Assembly: GCA_020697515.1 (NCBI GenBank)
Contig: JAIXNB010000039.1
Span: 1-13,812 of the forward strand
Direction of reading: 5' to 3'
DNA: 13,812 nucleotides
DNA from: Nanobdellota archaeon
GTDB taxonomy: Archaea; Nanobdellota; Nanobdellia; Nanobdellales; Nanobdellaceae
Shown: piece by piece, positions 8,667 to 13,812 of the stretch
How positions within the stretch are numbered: position 1 is the first letter of the stretch
How the letters are laid out: every line of letters begins with the position of its first letter
Position numbers and translations under genes: made by a program
Notes under the pieces: model-generated
Database searches by the model: none
What the model was told of the DNA's origin: nothing
What the model saw: only the letters and a program-made list of their open reading frames with translations

Positions 8667-9338
8667 ATGTTGAAAGAGGTTATAGATAGGCTTATATCCT
8701 TAAAAGGTAGGCCATTAGTATTTATCTTTAGTAGTTTTATACACGGCGCTGGGAAGAGTTTCCTAAAAAATAAGTTCAAAGAAATGTTAGAGAAAGAAGG
8801 ATACTCTGTCTATTCCATATCAACTGGGGATATCTTTAGAGAACTGGCCGCAAGGAATAACATGAGTATAGACGCATTTGTAGATTATTTGTACAAGAAC
8901 CCTAATATTGCTCAAAAAGTGGATTTGGAACTAGATAAATCTATATATGAAACAGTATCTAGATTAATAAAAGAAAAGCAATATGATGTTATATTGGTAG
9001 ACTCTAATTTAGCATCTTATTATATTAACGGAAAAAATGTAATTAAGATAAAAGTTGTTTCAGATCCAGATATCATAGCTAAAAGAGTTTTTGAAAATCC
9101 AAGAAAATCTGATAGATCATATAATAGTATAGAAGATGTAAAGATCTCTATCTTAAAGAGAACCGAAGAAGATAAAAAGAGATATGCGCGATTGGCAAAG
9201 GAAGTTGAGGATCCATTTTGGAAAAAAGTATATAGTAACTGGGGGAAGGATGTTTTTGACATAATCATAAACAATAATAGTACATGGGAGGATAGTATAA
9301 AGCAGTTATTAGATGGTTTACGTAAAATAACAAGATGA
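8667..9338 (+). CDS. cmk: Archaeal-type cytidylate (CMP) kinase with an atypical P-loop
   Basis: The start is taken at the ATG at 8667 (MLKEVIDRL...), because the ORF-track start at 8553 lies inside the opposite-strand methyltransferase gene. The product is colinear with archaeal CMP kinases: P-loop FIHGAGKS, ISTGDIFRELA, NMSIDAF, the lid region AKRVFENPRKSDRSY...ILKRTEEDKKRY, and VFDIIINNN. Confidence 0.8.
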   Translation: MLKEVIDRLISLKGRPLVFIFSSFIHGAGKSFLKNKFKEMLEKEGYSVYSISTGDIFRELAARNNMSIDAFVDYLYKNPNIAQKVDLELDKSIYETVSRLIKEKQYDVILVDSNLASYYINGKNVIKIKVVSDPDIIAKRVFENPRKSDRSYNSIEDVKISILKRTEEDKKRYARLAKEVEDPFWKKVYSNWGKDVFDIIINNNSTWEDSIKQLLDGLRKITR

Positions 9339-10204
9339 CGATATTAGTCACTCATTGGGATACTGATGGGATATTTTGCTTATATTTATTTTACAAGAAA
9401 TTTGGGGAGGATATAAAAGTGTATTTCTCCGGTCCTAGGAAAATTGAAACAACTCTACTCAAAATTATCAAGGAGAATGATAAGGAAGAGGCGTTGTATA
9501 TTACAGATATAGCAGCAACACAGGAAGCTATATATTTATCATCATATTTTAAATCTGTTATATGGATCGACCACCATGTATGGAACGATATGGAATTTAC
9601 TTCTAGAGTTAAAATATATGTAAAATCATATAAATCAGCTGCCAGGGTTGTTGCAGAGTATTTTGGAATAGAGGACCCATATCTAGATTTTGTAGATCAC
9701 ATAGATTCCAACCAAATAGAAAATGATATTGAAAGAGATTTTAGAGATCTTGTTGTAGCAATTAGAAATGAGTATCCCAAAAGTTATGAGGTATGGTTCA
9801 AGGATATTGCAAAAAAACTATATAATGGCAAATCTCCTAATGATATTATAAAGGAGTATAAATCCCTCTTGAGCAGATTTAGAGAGTTTCTAAGGAAAGT
9901 TGAAGATACCGTAGTATTGAACACAAAACTAGTAAAAGTTGGCAATAGTGAATTCTTTATAGTTAATACACAATACAATGTACCATCTTTTTATATTGTT
10001 GAAATATTACAAAAAAGGTTGAAACCTGAACTTGATTATATAATTATTCTTTATGGAGACAGAGCAGAAATAAGAACTACTAACAATAAAAATGTACTAA
10101 CAATTGCTAAGATATTTGGAGGAGGTGGTCACGAATTTGCAGCAGGGTTCATGATACAGAATGAAGATGAACTAATCAAAAAATTAAGAGACATCTTTAA
10201 ATAG
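9335..10204 (+). CDS. DHH/DHHA1-family phosphoesterase (small NrnA/RecJ-like; substrate unknown)
   Basis: DHH motif I is VTHWDTDG, motif II is YITDIA, and motif III is WIDHHVW. The DHHA1 signature is FGGGGHEFAAGF. The ATG overlaps the cmk stop (ATGA at 9335-9338). Confidence 0.85.
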   Translation: MTILVTHWDTDGIFCLYLFYKKFGEDIKVYFSGPRKIETTLLKIIKENDKEEALYITDIAATQEAIYLSSYFKSVIWIDHHVWNDMEFTSRVKIYVKSYKSAARVVAEYFGIEDPYLDFVDHIDSNQIENDIERDFRDLVVAIRNEYPKSYEVWFKDIAKKLYNGKSPNDIIKEYKSLLSRFREFLRKVEDTVVLNTKLVKVGNSEFFIVNTQYNVPSFYIVEILQKRLKPELDYIIILYGDRAEIRTTNNKNVLTIAKIFGGGGHEFAAGFMIQNEDELIKKLRDIFK

Positions 10205-10222
10205 CCATGAGGAAGGATTGTA

Positions 10223-10561
10223 TCAGGAATTATATTTAGTCTTTAATAGGAATATGGCGTATATTTTAACTAATGTGACTAATCTTTCGATTATTTTTGT
10301 TTCAAATTCTCCATAAAATCTATAGGCTTTTTGGTATAAATAATAAGCAGCTTCTGTGTAATTATTTGCCAACGCCTTATAATATTCGTCCTTAATATTT
10401 TTTATAGTATCTAAAAGCTGCTTTAAGTCCATCTCCCTGTATGTCGTAATAACTAGTGCTTGTAAATAGGGGTCTGTGATCTTATTAAGAATTCTTTTAG
10501 TATAAGCATGATACACCTCTAGTAGCATCTCCGCAGCCTCAACCATTGTTGCAACCTTCAT
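10223..10561 (-). CDS. Hypothetical protein, 112 aa, predicted all-alpha; no family recognised
   Basis: It is a clean ORF with local-typical composition and a heptad-like helical sequence (EAAEMLLEVYHAY..., DEYYKALANNYTEAAYYLYQKAYRFY). AT-rich TATA-like elements lie just upstream. I could not recognise any catalytic motif. Confidence 0.55.
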   Translation of the reverse strand: MKVATMVEAAEMLLEVYHAYTKRILNKITDPYLQALVITTYREMDLKQLLDTIKNIKDEYYKALANNYTEAAYYLYQKAYRFYGEFETKIIERLVTLVKIYAIFLLKTKYNS

Positions 10562-10720
10562 GATATAAATGGTAAAAGAAAACTTATATTTTTTATCTTC
10601 TTCCAGGGGTAGTAAATATAGAGCATGATTTTATCTCAAAGTACTAGTTTACAGTACCTAAAAACTAAAATGTATTTTCGGTTCTAGCTAGTTTTAATAG
10701 AAAAATATTGAGGATGTAAT

Positions 10721-10756
10721 CTGACCTTCTCCCACTATAAAGGGAGAGGATTTCAG
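10721..10756. other. GC-rich imperfect hairpin in the long intergenic spacer (possible small RNA or protein-binding element)
   Basis: The 5' arm CTGA-c-CTTCTCCC, an 8-nt loop ACTATAAA, and the 3' arm GGGAGAGG-att-TCAG form 8 bp (one position is T:G, which pairs only as plus-strand RNA) plus 4 bp across a small internal loop. It is the most G+C-rich patch in an otherwise AT-rich non-coding stretch. Confidence 0.3.
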
Positions 10757-10790
10757 TTGTAAAAACGATAATCGGTTAAATCTGATTTCT

Positions 10791-10802
10791 AAAAATTATT
10801 TA
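10791..10802 (+). promoter_or_regulatory. Candidate TATA box for the 10825 gene
   Basis: AAAAATTATTTA is centred about 29 nt upstream of the ATG at 10825. This spacing fits an archaeal promoter giving a leaderless or near-leaderless mRNA. Confidence 0.3.
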
Positions 10803-10824
10803 ATCTAGTAAACGGTATAGTAAG

Positions 10825-11298
10825 ATGAAGGTAATAGTATGTGGTTCTATAGGTTATGGAGGTATTGAAGAAATTCGAAGATTGCAATCTTTCCTAAGAG
10901 AAAACGGGTATTATGTATTAAATCAGTTAACAGTTGATTACAGTAATGTTGAAGATTTTAGAGATAAACCTGATCTCTGGGAGAAAATAGTAAAAAATGA
11001 TCTTGAGTTTTGTGAAAAGGCAGATGTTATTATCCTCATTGTTACAAATCCTAGCTTTGGAGCAATGGCAGAAGTTATAATATCAGCAATGAAAGGGAAA
11101 CCAATAATAGCATATTGTCCTAAAGAAGTTAAATCACCCTGGCCACTCTATTTCGCTACAGCTGTAGCCAGAACTGATAAAGAGCTATTAGATGTTTTAA
11201 ATTTAATTAAATCTAAGAAAATAAAAACATCCCCAAAGATATTTACAACGAATATCAAGTCGATGCACCAAACACAAAAATCGTCAAAAGATGAGTAG
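10825..11298 (+). CDS. Nucleoside 2-deoxyribosyltransferase-superfamily protein, DNPH1/Rcl-like (putative deoxynucleoside 5'-monophosphate N-glycosidase)
   Basis: The 157-aa product begins KVIVCGSIGYGG (compare Rcl YFCGSIRGG). It also has NDLEFCEKADVIILIVTNPSFGAMAEVIISAMKGKPII (compare QDLNWLQQADVVVAEVTQPSLGVGYELGRAVALGKPIL), which keeps the Glu at the catalytic position. Confidence 0.7.
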   Translation: MKVIVCGSIGYGGIEEIRRLQSFLRENGYYVLNQLTVDYSNVEDFRDKPDLWEKIVKNDLEFCEKADVIILIVTNPSFGAMAEVIISAMKGKPIIAYCPKEVKSPWPLYFATAVARTDKELLDVLNLIKSKKIKTSPKIFTTNIKSMHQTQKSSKDE

Positions 11299-11398
11299 AG
11301 AGGTTCTCTCCATCTTTATTACTTAGACTTTATTAGAGAGTATATTAGAAATTTCCTCAAGAATAATAAAAAATCAAAGCATCTATATCTTAGTATTT

Positions 11399-12391
11399 CT
11401 ACTTTCCTGTGTATCTATCACACTCTGGTACTTCTGTTGTAGTAGAAGCACATATAGCACCATAAACTTTAGCAGGTTCTTGTAATGGGTTATATGGTAC
11501 CCTCACATCATTTACATATATAATGGGGGATGCTGTAATACCTTTTAGTACAGTATTTTGTTCTAGTTCTGGTAATATACTCAAGTCTAAGTAATCATCA
11601 ATATTGTACCCTTCTTCCGACAGTACATTTTTGAACAGATCATAGATCTGTGCATACGTTATATTATTGTTTTTCTTAAGTACATCTAAGAACTTCATGT
11701 ACACTTTCGAGAACGTATCAAAACCATGTTTACGGTATATATTGTACAGTACTATATCTATTAACAATTCTTCTTTACCATGTAATGAAGTATAACACTT
11801 ACCATTGTACCATACACCTACCTCCTTACATGTTGTTTCGTTGAGTGGTATTCCCGTTGAACTCACAATGAATATTGGTTCTATATCAAAGAACTTTGTA
11901 TTACTATAAAATTTGTATAACTCTTCAAAAGCTCTAGTACCAAATGGACACAAGGACATTAGGTACAACTTTACTTTTGGTCTCTCGGTTTTTACAGGTT
12001 TAAATAGTGCCTCTAACTTCTCTACTTTCAACTCTAATGGAGTGTCGTTTTCTATATCTATGCCTCTAAGTATAACATATTCTCCTACAACTGGCACTTT
12101 CAATATGGATTTGTATGTAGTATTAGCCATTTCGAAGTATGTAGTAACATCATACCAACATATGTTTTTGTCACTACCCACATTACTGACTGAGATATTC
12201 TTAATAGTATATCCCGCAGAGGTGTATAACTTACTTAAAAACTTTGTTACTTTTTCTGGAGAAGTACATTGTACATGCACATTATGTGGTTCTAGAAATA
12301 ATTTTGCACCGATTACACCTATCACAGCTGCAATTACCGCTATAACAAGATACATATAATGTTCTGATATTTTCTTATTCATGTTTTTCAT
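11399..12391 (-). CDS. Membrane-anchored extracytoplasmic thioredoxin-fold protein (GILT/DsbA-like) with a monothiol CPFG site
   Basis: The N-terminal TM anchor is YMYLVIAVIAAVIGVIGAKLFL. The thioredoxin-fold signature is VKLYLMSLCPFGTRAF (CPFG at nt 11939-11950). A GILT-like SLHGKEELL is present, and a cis-Pro-loop-like GITASPIIYVND lies near the C-terminus. Several N-x-S/T sequons are present. The start may instead be the second ATG at 12382 (see the TATA feature). Confidence 0.6.
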   Translation of the reverse strand: MKNMNKKISEHYMYLVIAVIAAVIGVIGAKLFLEPHNVHVQCTSPEKVTKFLSKLYTSAGYTIKNISVSNVGSDKNICWYDVTTYFEMANTTYKSILKVPVVGEYVILRGIDIENDTPLELKVEKLEALFKPVKTERPKVKLYLMSLCPFGTRAFEELYKFYSNTKFFDIEPIFIVSSTGIPLNETTCKEVGVWYNGKCYTSLHGKEELLIDIVLYNIYRKHGFDTFSKVYMKFLDVLKKNNNITYAQIYDLFKNVLSEEGYNIDDYLDLSILPELEQNTVLKGITASPIIYVNDVRVPYNPLQEPAKVYGAICASTTTEVPECDRYTGK

Positions 12392-12403
12392 ACCATTAGA
12401 GAA

Positions 12404-12411
12404 TTTATAAA
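12404..12411 (-). promoter_or_regulatory. Candidate TATA box for the 11399-12391 gene
   Basis: TTTATAAA lies 12 nt upstream of the first ATG (12391) and about 21 nt upstream of the second ATG (12382). Standard archaeal TATA-to-TSS spacing would put the transcript start near the second ATG, giving a leaderless mRNA. Confidence 0.4.
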
Positions 12412-12435
12412 TACCACTCCTAATATTAGTTAAAA

Positions 12436-12458
12436 TCTAAAATCCCAAAAATTTTAGA
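12436..12458. repeat. Perfect 8-bp inverted repeat with a 7-nt spacer (TCTAAAAT ccc aaaa ATTTTAGA)
   Basis: I read it directly from the sequence. It lies between the DUF99 stop (12544) and the TATA box at 12404-12411. Confidence 0.5.
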
Positions 12459-12543
12459 ATTATTGAAAGCTACTATAATTTCTGAAAAATTCAGGTATCT
12501 ATAGATAGTTAAAGGTGATCTTTGATATTTTTAGGTTTTTATC

Positions 12544-13125
12544 CTAAACCTTTCCACGAGAGTACCCCTTAGTAACACCCATAGCTATTAAGTGGGCGAC
12601 TCTAACAGGCTCAGGAATCCTAGAATTTATTGCAGTTCTCTTTATGATGTTTTTTGCATCATCATCTGAGATACCTACTTTTTGATAGTATATTACCCCA
12701 TATTTTGTATTAATCGGTTTCGGCTGTTCCAACTTTTCAATCAATTTCCATCGCTTTTTCCAATCATCAAGATGCATTATCGCCTTTTTGAATTCTGGAA
12801 GATTAGGCTTTTTCCTAATTACAACAATAACTGGAAGTCCCAAAATATTGTATAATTTCTCCAAATCCACTATATTAAATCCAGCAAATGTCACTCCATT
12901 TAACATGATTATTCTTAGTTGATAGTAGTGTGTAGAGCGCATTATCATTTTGATAATGTTATTAGTCACATCCAAGCCATCTACAGTTATTTTAATAGAC
13001 AACACGCCATCTAATTGATAAGCACCTCTCATAATTACGCCAACTAGAATAGTTTTTCTATGTTTATGTTTAATAAAAAATCCATCATCGATACCTATTA
13101 CCCTTATTTCTCGTTTATTATACAT
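12544..13125 (-). CDS. DUF99/UPF0215-family protein (endonuclease V-like fold)
   Basis: The 193-aa product has family-typical blocks: IRVIGIDDGFF, LVGVIMRG...LDGVLS..ITVDGLDVT, LRIIMLNGVTFAGFNIVD, and GLPVIVVIRKKP. Its ATG overlaps the mbf1 stop (TAATG). Confidence 0.85.
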   Translation of the reverse strand: MYNKREIRVIGIDDGFFIKHKHRKTILVGVIMRGAYQLDGVLSIKITVDGLDVTNNIIKMIMRSTHYYQLRIIMLNGVTFAGFNIVDLEKLYNILGLPVIVVIRKKPNLPEFKKAIMHLDDWKKRWKLIEKLEQPKPINTKYGVIYYQKVGISDDDAKNIIKRTAINSRIPEPVRVAHLIAMGVTKGYSRGKV

Positions 13126-13568
13126 TAATCCTCTAGCCTGATTATATCTGCGACAGTCAATTCAAAGCTTTTATTTTCTCCTTCTTCAAATAGAATAACC
13201 TTTTTTATAATTTTTATTTTTAATATCTTTTCAATTTTCTTAGCTAGATCTATTGTAGGTTTTATCTTTCCTTCTTCAATAGAACGATAAGTTGACGATT
13301 TTATGTTAAGTATTTTAGCCATTTCCTCTTGAGTCAACCCCTTTTCTTCCCTATACTTTCTAAGAATTATATGATAGTTATCTACTATCTCCTCATCATA
13401 GATTGGTACAGTTGTTACTTTAGGTTTTCTTATCTCGTCCACTTTTCCATATTTTATCTCTACTTCTCTACCATATTTCCTACATTCGCTACAAACATGC
13501 AATATTGCCCCATCAACCATGATTGTGGATAATTTATCCGATTTTTTCCCACAGATCTCGCAGATCAT
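13125..13568 (-). CDS. mbf1: Archaeal multiprotein bridging factor 1 (aMBF1): N-terminal zinc ribbon plus Cro/C1-type HTH
   Basis: The zinc ribbon is MICEICGKK...HVCSECRKYG. The HTH is LRKYREEKGLTQEEMAKILNIKSSTYRSIEEGKIKPTIDLAKKIEKIL. At 147 aa the size is typical of aMBF1. Confidence 0.9.
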   Translation of the reverse strand: MICEICGKKSDKLSTIMVDGAILHVCSECRKYGREVEIKYGKVDEIRKPKVTTVPIYDEEIVDNYHIILRKYREEKGLTQEEMAKILNIKSSTYRSIEEGKIKPTIDLAKKIEKILKIKIIKKVILFEEGENKSFELTVADIIRLED

Positions 13569-13801
13569 TATTTTTTCAGTAATTTTTCAATTTTTTCCTT
13601 CTGCTCAAGTAACAAGTATACTCCGAATGTCAATCCAAATGATATCGCGGCTGCCAGGGCAAAGTATCTTAGAATATCTAAGAATATTTGTGCATCTATT
13701 CCAAATCTTTTTAGAGCTAAAACAAAGAATATATATATTAGAATACCCTTTGCTAAGGTTGCTACTAATTCTTTTTCTTTTATTGTTGTTTGCTCTATCA
13801 T
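13568..13801 (-). CDS. Small membrane protein with two predicted TM helices. The start is uncertain and the frame is open to the right window edge.
   Basis: Hydrophobic segments are GILIYIFFVLAL and YFALAAAISFGLTFGVYLLL. Its stop overlaps the mbf1 ATG (TAATG). There is no in-frame stop between the ATG at 13801 and the window end, so it could be the C-terminus of a longer protein. Confidence 0.55.
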   Translation of the reverse strand: MIEQTTIKEKELVATLAKGILIYIFFVLALKRFGIDAQIFLDILRYFALAAAISFGLTFGVYLLLEQKEKIEKLLKK

Positions 13802-13812
13802 ATTTTTTACAA

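Noticed and set aside
10605-10665. A possible tRNA or tRNA-half starting at GGGGTAGTAAATATAGAGC.
   Set aside because: There is no complementary D-stem (GAGC has no matching GCTC), no anticodon stem and no T-arm. The G+C content is far too low for a structural RNA of this kind of organism.
10711-10785. A C/D-box sRNA suggested by two CTGA (D-box-like) tetramers and GGATGT or ATGATT (C-box-like) strings.
   Set aside because: Neither strand has a proper RUGAUGA box. The box spacings (2 nt and about 47 nt) do not fit the roughly 12-nt guide architecture of archaeal C/D sRNAs.
11296-11330. A hairpin GAGAG-gtt-CTCTC followed by a T-rich run after the DNPH1-like gene, as a bacterial-type intrinsic terminator.
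   Set aside because: The stem is only 5 bp with a 3-nt loop. Archaeal termination mainly needs oligo-T tracts, so this is too weak to call as a feature. The same applies to the A6 run at 11368-11373 (T6 on the minus strand).
1-13812. CRISPR arrays, transposases or IS elements, integrases, toxin-antitoxin pairs, or a recognisable defence island.
   Set aside because: I saw no regularly spaced direct repeats, no terminal inverted repeats flanking a transposase-like ORF, and no nuclease, ATPase or TIR/HEPN-type defence signatures. The only mobile element I can support is the intein.

Overview
The window is a strongly AT-rich (by eye about 30% G+C, not computed), very compact stretch of archaeal chromosome. 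I support 14 protein genes, about 95% coding, with several 1-4 nt start/stop overlaps and divergent spacers of only 34-36 bp. Protein composition is rich in K, I, E and Y. The gene set (PolD, diphthine synthase, aMBF1, DUF99/UPF0215, archaeal-type CMP kinase) says Archaea. Together with the compaction, this fits a small-genome, possibly thermophilic or DPANN/Nanoarchaeota-like lineage, but lineage cannot be established from this window.

Left to right:
- 5'-truncated PolD large subunit (DP2) carrying a full-length 422-aa LAGLIDADG intein inserted at the catalytic ...RRN|CDGDE... site
- diphthine synthase
- ThiI with a C-terminal rhodanese domain (- strand)
- a secreted, sequon-rich protein with CWB2-like repeats, a coiled coil and a C-terminal Kazal-like six-cysteine module
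- an MJ0882/RsmC-like methyltransferase (- strand)
- CMP kinase, translationally coupled to a small DHH/DHHA1 phosphoesterase
- an orphan all-helical 112-aa protein (- strand)
- an unusually long 263-bp intergenic region containing a GC-rich hairpin
- a DNPH1/Rcl-like nucleotide N-hydrolase homologue
- a membrane-anchored thioredoxin-fold (GILT/DsbA-like) protein with a monothiol CPFG site (- strand)
- a tightly coupled minus-strand operon: small membrane protein, aMBF1, DUF99 (EndoV-like)

I found no rRNA, tRNA, CRISPR array, transposase or recognisable defence island. The most notable items are the intein, the Kazal-like archaeal surface protein, the mbf1-DUF99 coupling and the unexplained 263-bp spacer. 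None of them can be shown to be a new multi-gene system from sequence alone.
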